Assembly: GCA_017469955.1 (NCBI GenBank)
Contig: JAFUFJ010000002.1
Location: 15,695 to 79,694, forward strand
DNA: 64,000 bases
Direction of reading: 5' to 3'
DNA from: Prevotella sp.
GTDB lineage: Bacteria; Bacteroidota; Bacteroidia; Bacteroidales; Bacteroidaceae
The translations under genes and the position numbers were made by a program. Position 1 is the stretch's first letter; every line of letters begins with the position of its first letter. A model generated the notes under the pieces. The model saw only the letters and a list, made by a program, of their open reading frames with translations. It was not told the origin of the DNA and searched no databases. This document shows positions 48,368 to 58,582 of this stretch, piece after piece.

Positions 48368-49639
48368 TTGGAACAGTCAAACCTACCTTTAATTATAGGT
48401 ATCATTATCTCGATGGTATTCTCAGCATTCTTCTCTGGGATGGAAATAGCCTTTGTCTCAAGCAACCGTATGCTTGTAGAGGTTGAGAAAGAGAAGAATA
48501 TTGTGAATAGAAAGATGCTCTCGCTTTTTTATCGGCACCCCAATTCTTTCGTAAGCACGATGCTTGTGGGGAACAACATCGTTCTTGTTGTATACGGTAT
48601 TTTGTTTGCAAATCTTTTTGACAACACCTTATTTTCTGGATTTTCTGGTGGAACCCGTGTCTTCCTTGACACCATATTGTCAACTGTTGTAGTACTTTTC
48701 ACCGGCGAGTTTCTTCCTAAAACTCTGTTCAAAAACAATCCTAACAGCCTATTGACGGTATTTGCGCCATTGGCATATCTGTTCTATGTCATATTATGGC
48801 CAATCAGTAAATTCTCTACATTCATGGCAAAAATACTGTTAAGGCTCGTCGGTATCAGATTACAGAAAGAGGAAGATGACGAAGGATTCTCCAAAGTTGA
48901 CCTGGATTATCTTGTTCAGTCGAGCATAGACAATGCCCGAGATGACGAAAAAATTGATGATGAGGTTAAGATATTCCAGAATGCACTTGAGTTTCAAGAT
49001 ACCAAAGTCAGAGATTGCATCATTCCCCGTACGGAGATTAATGCTGTTGACATGAATGACTGTACTCTTGAACAACTGAAGCATAAGTTCATAGAAAGTG
49101 GCAATAGCAAAATCATTGTCTATAAAGATGACATTGACCATATCGTAGGTTACATTCATAGCTCGGAAATGTTCAGCAATCCAGAGAAGTGGTTGGACAA
49201 CATTCGCACAATGCCTTTTGTACCAGAAACGATGACAGCAAAAAAGCTGATGAAGATATTGCTGCAACAGAAAAAGAGTCTTGCGGTTGTTGTCGATGAG
49301 TTTGGGGGTACAAGCGGAATCGTTTCTTTGGAGGATATTGTGGAGGAAATCTTCGGAGACTTTGAGGATGAGCATGATAATTCAAAGTATATTGCAAAGA
49401 AGTCAGGTGATAATGAATATGTATTGTCGGCCAGATTGGAGATAGACAAGGTCAATGAGATGTTTGATCTGGAGTTGCCTGAGAGTGATGAGTATCTGAC
49501 GATAGGCGGACTTATCCTTCATGAATATCAAAGTTTCCCCAAGCTTAATGAATTGATTACAATTGGTAATTTTCAGTTTAAGATATTGAAGAGTACCAGT
49601 ACAAAAATAGAGCTTGTGAAGCTAAAAGTGACCATTTAA
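48368..49639 (+). CDS. HlyC/CorC (CNNM-CBS) family protein
   Basis: SAFFSGMEIAF, GEFLPK, VVDEFGGTSGIV, EEIFGD. Confidence 0.92.
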   Translation: MEQSNLPLIIGIIISMVFSAFFSGMEIAFVSSNRMLVEVEKEKNIVNRKMLSLFYRHPNSFVSTMLVGNNIVLVVYGILFANLFDNTLFSGFSGGTRVFLDTILSTVVVLFTGEFLPKTLFKNNPNSLLTVFAPLAYLFYVILWPISKFSTFMAKILLRLVGIRLQKEEDDEGFSKVDLDYLVQSSIDNARDDEKIDDEVKIFQNALEFQDTKVRDCIIPRTEINAVDMNDCTLEQLKHKFIESGNSKIIVYKDDIDHIVGYIHSSEMFSNPEKWLDNIRTMPFVPETMTAKKLMKILLQQKKSLAVVVDEFGGTSGIVSLEDIVEEIFGDFEDEHDNSKYIAKKSGDNEYVLSARLEIDKVNEMFDLELPESDEYLTIGGLILHEYQSFPKLNELITIGNFQFKILKSTSTKIELVKLKVTI

Positions 49640-49777
49640 AGGCACTTTTCAAAGAAAAAATTTCGTTGTTTAATATTAATTTTATATTTTTGTACGCATT
49701 TTTGAAGCATGCCTCTTTTCAAGGGGCTTAAATGGAGATAGAAGAAAGTAAAAACAAAACATAAAAAGTAAAGAAAA

Positions 49778-51913
49778 ATGGCAGCAATTGGAAAAATTAG
49801 AAGTTGGGGACCAGCCCTGGTTGCAGTGATTGGTTTTGCCCTTTTTGCATTTATTGCCGGTGATATGGCAAAATCGTGCGATGCTCTAAGAAACGAGAAG
49901 ATTAATCAAGTTGGTGAAGTTTTAGGTCAGAAGGTCAACACTCAAGAGTTCCAAAAACTGTTGGATGAATACACTGAGGTGGTGAAAATCCAGCAAGGAC
50001 AGGACAACTTGAGCGACGAAATGATGAATCAGGTAAAGGATATGGTGTGGAACAGCTATGTCCAGAGCAAGATTGTCGAGGCAGAAGCTGAGAAGTTAGG
50101 CCTGACAGTAACAGATGAAGAAATGGAGAATCTGCTTAATCAGGGAACGAATCCTATGTTGCTTCAGACACCTTTCGTGAACCAACAGACCGGACGTTTT
50201 GATGCAAATTCTCTGAAAAAGTTCCTTGTTGACTATAAAACCCAGAGCGCAGGCAACAGTGCTTTGGCCGAGCAATATCAGCAGCTTTATAAATATTGGA
50301 CCTTCATGGAGAAGACAATCCGCCAGCAGCTCCTTTCCCAGAAGTATCAGAACCTCTTGGCTCACTGCATTCTCTCGAATCCTGTTGAGGCCAAGATGGC
50401 TTTGGCTGATGCAAGTGAAGAGAGCAATGTGACCCTGTTGTCATTCCCATACAATAGCATTGAAGACAACAAGGTGGAGATTTCAGAGGCTGACATGAAG
50501 TCAAAATACAACGAAATGAAGTCGCTTTTCAAGCAATATGTTGAGAGTCGCGACGTGAAGTATGTTGACATTCTGGTAGAACCTTCTACGGAAGACCGTT
50601 TTGCTCTTCAGAAACAGTTTGATGAATATAAGGCTTCTCTTGAAGCAGCCGAAGATCCGTCGGAGGCAGTCCGCAAGAGTGCATCGTTGATACCTTATCT
50701 TGGTGTGCCGGTTATCAAGACCGCGTTCCCCGCAGACGTTGCCAATCGTCTGGATTCTATTGCCGTTGGTCAGACAACAACGGTTTATGAAACAGGAAAC
50801 ACGCTTAACGTTGTCAAGCTGATTGCCAAGCAGCAACTCCCAGATTCCATCCAATACCGCGAGATCTACATTGCCGGTGCAGATGCAGAAGCCAACCAAC
50901 AAAAGGCCGACTCTATCTTTACTGCCCTGAAGAACGGTGGCGATTTTGAGGCTATTGCCAAGACTTATGGCCAGACCGGAGCTAAGAATTGGGTGACAAC
51001 TCGCGACTATCAGACGGCAACATCTCTTACCAATGACCAGCGCACTTATATCAAAGAATTGAACACTTTGGCCGTGAACGAGATCAAGAACCTTGCCCAG
51101 TCACAGGGTAATGTGATCATTCAGGTCGTCGACCGCAAGGCCACTACTACCAAATATACGGCAGCCGTCATCCGCAAGAACTATCAGTTCTCGAAGGAGA
51201 CCTATCGCGAAGCATTCAATAAGTTCAGCTCTTTCGTAAGTTCAAACAAGACAGCTGACGACATTGAAGCTAATGCCCAGAAGAATGGATACACTGTTCG
51301 CGAGCGCAATGACATCACCACTGGTGAGCACACCGTTGCCGGTATCCGTGCTACCCGCGATGCCTTGAAGTGGCTGTTCAGTGCAAAGGAGGGTGAGGTT
51401 TCTCCTCTTTATGAGTGTGGAGACAACAATCACCTTCTCGTAGTTGCCCTGAATAAGATTCATAAGGCAGGCTATCGCTCGTTTGAAGATTCTCAGGTTC
51501 AGGAGATGCTGAAGGCTGAAGTCATGAAGGACAAGAAAGCTGAGCAGCTGATCGAGAAGGTAAAGGACGTCAAGAGTGTTGCCGATGCCAAGGCAAAGGG
51601 TGCTGTTGAGTCGGAAGTAAACCAGATTACTTTCCAGGCTCCGGTATTCGTAGCTACCACAGGAGGCAGCGAGCCTGTGCTCAGCGGAGCCGTTGCAGCC
51701 ACTGAGAAGGGCAAGTTCTCAGCAGCTCCTGTGAAAGGAAACAATGGCGTATACCTCTTCCAAGTGAACGAGAAGAATAAGGTTGAAAAGGATGCTGACG
51801 TGAAGGCTCAGGAGCAGACTCTTCGCCAGCGTGCCCTGCAGAACGCCCGTTCTTACAGTGACGAGCTCTACCAGAACGCAGGCGTCAAGGACAATCGCTA
51901 CATCTTCTTCTAA
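49778..51913 (+). CDS. membrane-anchored peptidylprolyl isomerase (PpiD/SurA N-terminal domain)
   Basis: MAAIGKIR, N-terminal TM, parvulin-like ADSIFTALKNGGDFEAIAK, C-terminal DNRYIFF. Confidence 0.85.
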   Translation: MAAIGKIRSWGPALVAVIGFALFAFIAGDMAKSCDALRNEKINQVGEVLGQKVNTQEFQKLLDEYTEVVKIQQGQDNLSDEMMNQVKDMVWNSYVQSKIVEAEAEKLGLTVTDEEMENLLNQGTNPMLLQTPFVNQQTGRFDANSLKKFLVDYKTQSAGNSALAEQYQQLYKYWTFMEKTIRQQLLSQKYQNLLAHCILSNPVEAKMALADASEESNVTLLSFPYNSIEDNKVEISEADMKSKYNEMKSLFKQYVESRDVKYVDILVEPSTEDRFALQKQFDEYKASLEAAEDPSEAVRKSASLIPYLGVPVIKTAFPADVANRLDSIAVGQTTTVYETGNTLNVVKLIAKQQLPDSIQYREIYIAGADAEANQQKADSIFTALKNGGDFEAIAKTYGQTGAKNWVTTRDYQTATSLTNDQRTYIKELNTLAVNEIKNLAQSQGNVIIQVVDRKATTTKYTAAVIRKNYQFSKETYREAFNKFSSFVSSNKTADDIEANAQKNGYTVRERNDITTGEHTVAGIRATRDALKWLFSAKEGEVSPLYECGDNNHLLVVALNKIHKAGYRSFEDSQVQEMLKAEVMKDKKAEQLIEKVKDVKSVADAKAKGAVESEVNQITFQAPVFVATTGGSEPVLSGAVAATEKGKFSAAPVKGNNGVYLFQVNEKNKVEKDADVKAQEQTLRQRALQNARSYSDELYQNAGVKDNRYIFF

Positions 51914-51940
51914 ACGTTTTTCTTCAACGACAAATGACAT

Positions 51941-51975
51941 AAGCCCCCAAGAGCAAAGCCTCCTTGGGGGCTTTT
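51941..51975 (+). terminator. intrinsic terminator
   Basis: AAGCCCCCAAG...CTTGGGGGCTT followed by Ts. Confidence 0.75.
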
Positions 51976-52034
51976 CTTTTCTCCTTTGCAGACAACGGGA
52001 TGCGGTCTTTCCGGGCATGCAGCCCTTTATTTTC

Positions 52035-52141
52035 GAGAAAGCTGCCGTTTCTGGTCGAGAAAGGATAGCTTTCCGGGCAAGAACTCATAGCTTTCTCACT
52101 CAGAAAGGGCAGCTTTCTCGGGCATAATGGATAGCTTTCTC
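52035..52141. repeat. 107-bp five-unit 22-bp-period palindromic element (copy 5)
   Basis: Units at 52035, 52057, 52079, 52101, 52123; ends GAGAAAGCT...AGCTTTCTC. Confidence 0.92.
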
Positions 52142-52292
52142 GACGTGTCCGGCCATGTGTCGTTTCGTGGCGGCTGCCGTATGGAGCATTTGTTCTTCAG
52201 TCTTAATTTCCTCTTTTGTTGCACGAGTTGGCAAGTTTTTTAGTACCTTTGCACCAGAGTTCCCTTGAAAGAGGAGAGCTGATGCTTTCAAT

Positions 52293-53111
52293 ATGATTGT
52301 CAACGGAAACGGACACGACGCAGCCAGGGTGGGGGTGCTCAATTTGATGCCCCTGAAAGAGGTCACCGAACGTGACTTCATTCGCCTGTTTTCAGCGATT
52401 GAAGAGCCGGTTGAATTGGTCTGGTTACGGTTGCGTTCGCATGTTTCTCGCCATACTTCTCAGGCTCATATGGATGAGCTTTATACGTATTTTGACGAGG
52501 CAACTGCCCGTGGGCTCGACGGAATCGTCATCACTGGAGCCCCCGTTGAGTCGCTTTCGTTTGAAGAAGTGACCTACTGGCCCGAGCTATGTGCCATCTT
52601 TGACTACTGTCGCGCGCGTGTACATAATATTATATATATATGCTGGGCTGCCCAGGCTGGGCTCTATTATCATTATGACATACCAAAGTATCCGCTTCCA
52701 AAGAAGATGTTCGGCATATACAGCCAGCGCTTGTTATCGCCTGATATGCCTCTGTTCAAGGACTTTGGTGACGAGTTTTCCATGCCTCATAGCCGGCATA
52801 CTGAGGTCAGAAAAACCGACATTCTGGCTTGCAAGGGTCTTCAGATAGCTGCAGAATCGGCAGAATGCGGGGTGTCTGTCGTGACTGCTCGCCGGGGCAG
52901 GGAGGTGTATATAACGGGGCATATGGAGTATGCTGCCGACACACTTGATGCGGAATACCGGCGCGACAAGGACAAACGTGCTGATGTCGGACTGCCTGAG
53001 CATTACTATTTGGACGACATTCCGGGCCGGATGGCTGATGCCTGTTGGCAGCCTTATGCAGTACTGCTCTACAGAAACTGGGTCAGAAGCCTGCTCTCAG
53101 ACAAGGATTAA
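52293..53111 (+). CDS. metA: homoserine O-acyltransferase (MetA family, probably acetyl-CoA specific)
   Basis: LNLMP, ITGAPVE, ICWAAQA, PHSRH, GHMEY; Glu in GAPVE is the acetyl-specificity residue. Confidence 0.9.
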   Translation: MIVNGNGHDAARVGVLNLMPLKEVTERDFIRLFSAIEEPVELVWLRLRSHVSRHTSQAHMDELYTYFDEATARGLDGIVITGAPVESLSFEEVTYWPELCAIFDYCRARVHNIIYICWAAQAGLYYHYDIPKYPLPKKMFGIYSQRLLSPDMPLFKDFGDEFSMPHSRHTEVRKTDILACKGLQIAAESAECGVSVVTARRGREVYITGHMEYAADTLDAEYRRDKDKRADVGLPEHYYLDDIPGRMADACWQPYAVLLYRNWVRSLLSDKD

Positions 53112-53125
53112 GAACTGATATTGAT

Positions 53126-54961
53126 ATGCATAGAATCGAGTTATTGGCTCCTGCCAAGGATCTGGCTTGCGGAAAGGCAGCCATTGACCATGGCGCTGAC
53201 GCGGTGTATATCGGTGCATCACGCTATGGAGCACGTGCCATGGCCGGCAATTCCGCCAGCGACATTGCCGAGCTTTGCCGCTATGCACATCAGTATGGAG
53301 CAAAAGTCTATGTGACAGTCAACACGCTGGTCTATGACAACGAACTTGAAGAAGCGAGCAGTCTGTTGCAGTCTTTGAAGGAAATAGCGGTCGATGCCGT
53401 CTTGATACAAGACATGTCACTCGTTCCTATCTGCCAGAAACTGGGCTTGACCATTCATGCCAGCACCCAGACCGACAACCGTTCAGCCGACAAGGTAGCA
53501 TGGCTCTCGTCCGTAGGCTTCAGCCGTGTGGTCCTGGCTCGTGAGCTCTCTCTGGAAGAAATACGGGCCATCCATGCCAAGTTGCCCGCTGCTGAACTGG
53601 AAGTATTTGTGCATGGAGCCCTATGTGTGAGCTATAGCGGACAGTGTTATGCCTCCCAGTATTGCTTCAGCCGAAGTGCCAATCGGGGCGAATGCGCACA
53701 GTTCTGTCGTATGAAGTTCGACCTGCTTGACTCCTCTGGGCAGGAAATCGTCAGACAGCGCTACCTGCTCTCGCTGAAAGACCTCTGCCAGATTGACCAT
53801 CTGGAGAGCCTTGCCGAGGCAGGTGCCGTCTCGTTCAAGATTGAAGGACGCCTGAAAGACATCGGATACGTGAAGAATATCGTGGCTGCCTACAGCCGAA
53901 AGCTGGACCAGCTTGTGGGCAGTCATCCCGACAAATACTGCCGTTCGTCGTGGGGACGCACGGAACTTGCGTTCGAACCCAACCCGGCAAAGACCTTCAA
54001 CCGTGGCTATACTACCTACTTTCTGAACGGCCGTCGGCCCGATATTGCTTCTTTTGACACCCCTAAGTCACTTGGCGAATATGTGGGAAAGGTAAAGGAA
54101 GTAAAGGGCAACTCTTTCAATGTATCCTCTACACTCTCGTTTGCCAACGGCGACGGTCTTTGCTTTTTCAATCAAGAACACGAACTGGAGGGCTTCAGAG
54201 TCAACAGGGTTGAGGGCAATCGCATCTATCCATATCCGATGCCAAAGTCACTGGTTCATGGCACGAAGATCTACCGAAATCACAATGCTTCGTTTGAGAA
54301 ACAACTCGCTTCTCCTTCCGCTTACCGGAAGATACCTGTACAGATGCGTTTTGAAATGGTGGCAAACGGATTCAAACTGTCGCTCTTCAATGGCGACATC
54401 TCTGCTGTTGCCACCCTTGATTTCGAGCATCAACAGGCGCAAAAGTCTCAAGAAGACAATCTCGTCAGGCAACTGACAAAGCTGGGAAACACGCCCTATG
54501 TATGCGAGAAGTTGGAGGTTTCTCCCGAAGCAGCCATGTGCTTCGTTCCCAGTAGCCTGCTCTCAGAGTTGCGCAGAAAGGTGTTGCATGCAGTAGAAGT
54601 CCGTGCGGAAAGTCCCTCGAAAGTCATCCCGGTTCATGACTTGAGGCCAGTTTCCTATGTGCGTCCATACTTGTATAACGTGTCAAACCGACAGGCCCTC
54701 CACTTCTATGAGGACCATCGTGCCGATCATCTCGAAGCCATCCGTTCGACAATGGCATCCCATGCAGACGGAAATCTTGGGCCTCGTCCGCTGCTTATGC
54801 AGTGTCGCCATTGCATACGCTACTCCCTTGGTCATTGCGTAAAGCATGGGGGACGGCCATCTTCATGGCACTATCCGCTCTTTTTAAGACTTGCTGACGG
54901 GCGCAAGTTTCAGCTTGAATTTGATTGTACCAATTGCCAAATGAATATTTATGGTGAATAG
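53126..54961 (+). CDS. peptidase U32 family protein (RlhA-like, with C-terminal extension)
   Basis: ELLAPA, GADAVYIG, HASTQ, HGALCVSYSGQC, NRGECAQFCR, KIEGR. Confidence 0.9.
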   Translation: MHRIELLAPAKDLACGKAAIDHGADAVYIGASRYGARAMAGNSASDIAELCRYAHQYGAKVYVTVNTLVYDNELEEASSLLQSLKEIAVDAVLIQDMSLVPICQKLGLTIHASTQTDNRSADKVAWLSSVGFSRVVLARELSLEEIRAIHAKLPAAELEVFVHGALCVSYSGQCYASQYCFSRSANRGECAQFCRMKFDLLDSSGQEIVRQRYLLSLKDLCQIDHLESLAEAGAVSFKIEGRLKDIGYVKNIVAAYSRKLDQLVGSHPDKYCRSSWGRTELAFEPNPAKTFNRGYTTYFLNGRRPDIASFDTPKSLGEYVGKVKEVKGNSFNVSSTLSFANGDGLCFFNQEHELEGFRVNRVEGNRIYPYPMPKSLVHGTKIYRNHNASFEKQLASPSAYRKIPVQMRFEMVANGFKLSLFNGDISAVATLDFEHQQAQKSQEDNLVRQLTKLGNTPYVCEKLEVSPEAAMCFVPSSLLSELRRKVLHAVEVRAESPSKVIPVHDLRPVSYVRPYLYNVSNRQALHFYEDHRADHLEAIRSTMASHADGNLGPRPLLMQCRHCIRYSLGHCVKHGGRPSSWHYPLFLRLADGRKFQLEFDCTNCQMNIYGE

Positions 54962-55946
54962 TCGAGCTACATATATTGCAATGCTGCTTCTTACTGCGCT
55001 GCTTTCGTCGTGTTATCACCGACCGGTGCGCACCTCTGATGCCTTCGTTCAATACAGTGAGGAACAGCTGGATTCGATATCTTTCCAGACAACCCACCAC
55101 TATACCGACAACTATAATTTCGTAGTGCGGAGCGATTCAATGGCACTTATCAGACAGCAGCCGGAAGAATACCTGAGCATGATGCCCGTCGACACATTCC
55201 ATGTCTATCGGCATGAGCCGTTGGTCGTGGCCGATATCCGCATCATGCCTATCGATTCTGTTGACACGGTTTGGGTACAATTGGCTCGCGACCAGTTCAC
55301 TTTCGGATGGAGTAGGGAGTCGACATTGCTGAAAAATGTATCTCCCGACGACCCCATCTCGCAGTTTATCACGGTATTCTCAAACGTGCATCTTCTCATA
55401 TTCCTGGTAGTAATCAGCCTGTTCGCCTTCAGCTACCTGCTGCTTTATTTGCAGAAGAAGAAGGCTCCGCTCGTGCATTTCAGGGATATCGACTCGTTCT
55501 ATCCCACGTTGCTGGCCTTATTGGTTGCCGCTTCTGCCACATTTTATGCAAGCATCCAGATGTTTGCCCCCGACACTTGGCAGCATTTCTATTATTATCC
55601 CACGCTGAATCCCTTTGGAGTTCCCGTCATATTGGGAATCTTCTTAGTGTCGGTATGGGCCATATTGATCATCGGAATCGCTACGTTCGACGATGTGTTG
55701 CGCCACCTTTCCTACACTGATTCGCTATTGTATCTGAGCGGATTGTTTGCTGTGTGTGCGCTGAACTATATCATTTTCAGCATTACGACCTTATATTATA
55801 TCGGTTATTTCCTATGGGTCGTCTATGCGATGGCAGCCATTTGGCGCTACCTAAGGCGACACAGGACGCGCTATTTGTGTGGAAATTGCAATCACGCTCT
55901 TCGTGAAAAAGGCCGTTGTCCTTACTGCGGTACCGTGAATGAATAG
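54951..55946 (+). CDS. membrane (lipo)protein with C-terminal zinc ribbon
   Basis: Lipobox LSSC, about 5 TM segments, CGNC...CPYCG. Confidence 0.75.
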   Translation: MVNSRATYIAMLLLTALLSSCYHRPVRTSDAFVQYSEEQLDSISFQTTHHYTDNYNFVVRSDSMALIRQQPEEYLSMMPVDTFHVYRHEPLVVADIRIMPIDSVDTVWVQLARDQFTFGWSRESTLLKNVSPDDPISQFITVFSNVHLLIFLVVISLFAFSYLLLYLQKKKAPLVHFRDIDSFYPTLLALLVAASATFYASIQMFAPDTWQHFYYYPTLNPFGVPVILGIFLVSVWAILIIGIATFDDVLRHLSYTDSLLYLSGLFAVCALNYIIFSITTLYYIGYFLWVVYAMAAIWRYLRRHRTRYLCGNCNHALREKGRCPYCGTVNE

Positions 55947-56031
55947 GCAAGTCACGGGCTGATTAATCATTATAAATTAGGATTGCTGTGAAGAGTCAAA
56001 ACCACTACCTTTGCAGAAAATTCTAAGATAA

Positions 56032-58434
56032 ATGAATAATCTCAAGTCTATAGGGTTCTTAGCCCTTTCTTTTTTGTTTGTGAACGTGCCGTCAGTCGCA
56101 TCGGATTTTGACGAGACTGTGCCTGCAGACACGTCACGGGTGTTAGATCTTGACGAGGTAGTCGTCGTCTCTCAGCCCAAGGAGACTTTCCGCCTTCGCC
56201 GTCAACCCTTAAGCAGCACGGTGTTCAGTGCCAACGAAATCAATGTGCTTAACGCCCATGAACTGCGTCAGTTGTCGGCCTATGTCCCTTCGTTTGCTGC
56301 CCCAACGTATGGTTCGCGCTTGACATCCTCGATGTATATTCGTGGCTTAGGCAGCCGTATCAGCAACTCTGCAGTGGGTGTTTACTATGACAACATCCCG
56401 TTGATGACGCCTGCAGCCTTCAACCATCATTTCTATAATGTTGACCGAGTGGATGTTCTCCGAGGACCGCAAGGCACGCTTTACGGTGCAAACACTGAGG
56501 GCGGCATTGTGAGAGTCTATTCGAGAGACCCGATGAACCATCAGGGAACCGACCTGTCTCTTGGCCTTGCAACCGGATTCGGACGCCAGATCGAGGTGGC
56601 TCACTCTGAGAAAGTGTCGGAGAAGTTTGCCTATAGCCTTGCAGCATTCTATAGTGGTCAGCGCGGTTTCTTCAAGAATGAGACGCTCAATGACTATAAT
56701 GACAACTCGAATGAAGTAGGAACAAAGTTCCACCTTACGTGGAAACCCGCCAGCAGGCTTACTTTTGATCTTACGGGCGACTATCAGTATACCGACCAGA
56801 ATGCCTTCCCTTATGGTGTGTATGATGTTGCTGAAGAGTGGCCTTCGTTGCCTTCGACGAGTGACATGCCAACCTATCAGCGCCACATGTTGAACACTGG
56901 CCTGGGCATAAAGTATGCTTTCAACACCCTGATGCTGTCGTCTACAACCAGCTATCAGCATCTTGACGACCGTATGACGATGGACATCGACTATTCGCCA
57001 CGCGACATGATGAGCCTCATTCAGAAGCAACACATGCATGCTGTCACTGAAGAGTTGACCTTGCGGAGCACGAACGACGGTTTCTGGCAGCATGCTACAG
57101 GCCTGTTCGGCTCACGCCAGTGGCTGGATACCGATGCTACGGTGACCTTCGGACAGGGCATTTTACGCCCTATTTCCTCAGCTATTGAGACTGCAATGAA
57201 GAACTCTATGCTGCAGGCTTTCACAGGAAGGTTCATGGCTCAGGGCATGTCTCCCGCCCAGGCTGCTGCCATGGCTCAGGCTCAAGTGGATGCCATGGGC
57301 GTGACAATGGAGGCAGAAATGGCCGTCCCCAACACGTTCAAGCAGCCGCAAACCAACTTCGGAGCCTATCATGAGTCAAACATTACACTGGCTGACAGGC
57401 TGACCTTCACGCTGGGTTTGCGCTACGACTACTCGAAGGTCGAGATCGACTATCGTTCGTATGGCTATATGTCCATCACGGGCGGAACGGCCAATGCCGT
57501 TTCCACCAATACGCTTAGCTCCCTGCTTCAGAACCGACACAACACCACATACAATCAGATTCTGCCCAAGTTTGGTATCTCTTACAAGCTGTCAGACAAT
57601 GGAAGCAACCTCTATGCCAGCGCAAGTAAAGGCTATATGGCCGGAGGTTACAACATCCAACTCTTCTCGGATATCCAGCAGGCCGACCTCAATAATCCGG
57701 CAGCACAGCAACAAGCGCAGCGAGGAAATGTCGAGATTGGTCACACGGATGACGACTACAAGAATATCGAAGAGGCCATCAGTTACAAGCCGGAAGAGAG
57801 CTGGAACTACGAATTCGGAGCCCATCTGAACCTCTTCGGAGGCCGGGTGCATGCCGATGTGGCTACGTTCTATACGCAGCTTCACAACCAACAGCTCTCG
57901 GTGTTTGCACCCAACTATGGCTTCGGACGCATGACTGTCAATGCAGGAAAGAGCAGCAGCTGCGGATTGGAGCTTGCCTTACGCGGCGTGGCTGCTAACG
58001 ATCGGCTGACATGGGCAGCCACTTACAGCTACACACGGGCAACCTTCCGCGACTACGAAGATACGGATAGCGAGGGTAATACAGTGAATTACAAGGACAA
58101 CTACGTGCCCTATGTGCCGATGCATATGTTCAGTGCCTTGGCCGACTATCGCTTCGATGTCCATGCAAACGGCTTGCTCAAGGCGGTTGTCGTGGGAGCA
58201 AACATCAACGGAAACGGGAAAGTCTACTGGGACGATGCCAACACTGCTTCGCGCGGTCTCTATGCTCTTCTGGGCGCACATGCCCGCTTTGACTTCGGAC
58301 ATGTGGACGTCAATCTGTGGGGACGCAACCTTACTGACGCCAAATACACCACCTTTGCCACCTATAGCGGTGGCTGGATAGGGCAGCGGGGCAACCCGTT
58401 GCAGGCGGGGTTCGACGTGAATTTCCACTTCTAA
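56032..58434 (+). CDS. TonB-dependent receptor (non-SusC type)
   Basis: LDEVVV TonB box, YIRG, VDVLRGPQGTLYG, WGRNLTD, C-terminal F. Confidence 0.93.
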   Translation: MNNLKSIGFLALSFLFVNVPSVASDFDETVPADTSRVLDLDEVVVVSQPKETFRLRRQPLSSTVFSANEINVLNAHELRQLSAYVPSFAAPTYGSRLTSSMYIRGLGSRISNSAVGVYYDNIPLMTPAAFNHHFYNVDRVDVLRGPQGTLYGANTEGGIVRVYSRDPMNHQGTDLSLGLATGFGRQIEVAHSEKVSEKFAYSLAAFYSGQRGFFKNETLNDYNDNSNEVGTKFHLTWKPASRLTFDLTGDYQYTDQNAFPYGVYDVAEEWPSLPSTSDMPTYQRHMLNTGLGIKYAFNTLMLSSTTSYQHLDDRMTMDIDYSPRDMMSLIQKQHMHAVTEELTLRSTNDGFWQHATGLFGSRQWLDTDATVTFGQGILRPISSAIETAMKNSMLQAFTGRFMAQGMSPAQAAAMAQAQVDAMGVTMEAEMAVPNTFKQPQTNFGAYHESNITLADRLTFTLGLRYDYSKVEIDYRSYGYMSITGGTANAVSTNTLSSLLQNRHNTTYNQILPKFGISYKLSDNGSNLYASASKGYMAGGYNIQLFSDIQQADLNNPAAQQQAQRGNVEIGHTDDDYKNIEEAISYKPEESWNYEFGAHLNLFGGRVHADVATFYTQLHNQQLSVFAPNYGFGRMTVNAGKSSSCGLELALRGVAANDRLTWAATYSYTRATFRDYEDTDSEGNTVNYKDNYVPYVPMHMFSALADYRFDVHANGLLKAVVVGANINGNGKVYWDDANTASRGLYALLGAHARFDFGHVDVNLWGRNLTDAKYTTFATYSGGWIGQRGNPLQAGFDVNFHF

Positions 58435-58449
58435 AGATTTTGATAATCG

Positions 58450-58512
58450 TTACCGGCATTGCAGATGCCGGTAAAAAGAAAGCCTCGGACGACCGTCCGG
58501 GGCTTCTCTTTT
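58450..58512. terminator. two tandem hairpins between convergent genes
   Basis: TTACCGGCAT/ATGCCGGTAA and AAGCCTCGGAC/GTCCGGGGCTT. Confidence 0.65.
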
Positions 58513-58582
58513 GAGGCAGCTGGCAAGGGCTTTTCATGCTCATGCCTTTCCGTTCTTGTCAGAAACAAATCCCATCTCATTC

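Noticed and set aside
58436-58454. GATTTTGATAATCGTTACC, 15/19 match to the E. coli Fur box
   Set aside because: Lies downstream of the TonB receptor stop in a convergent gap, not in a promoter. The upstream candidate near 55961 is only a half match.
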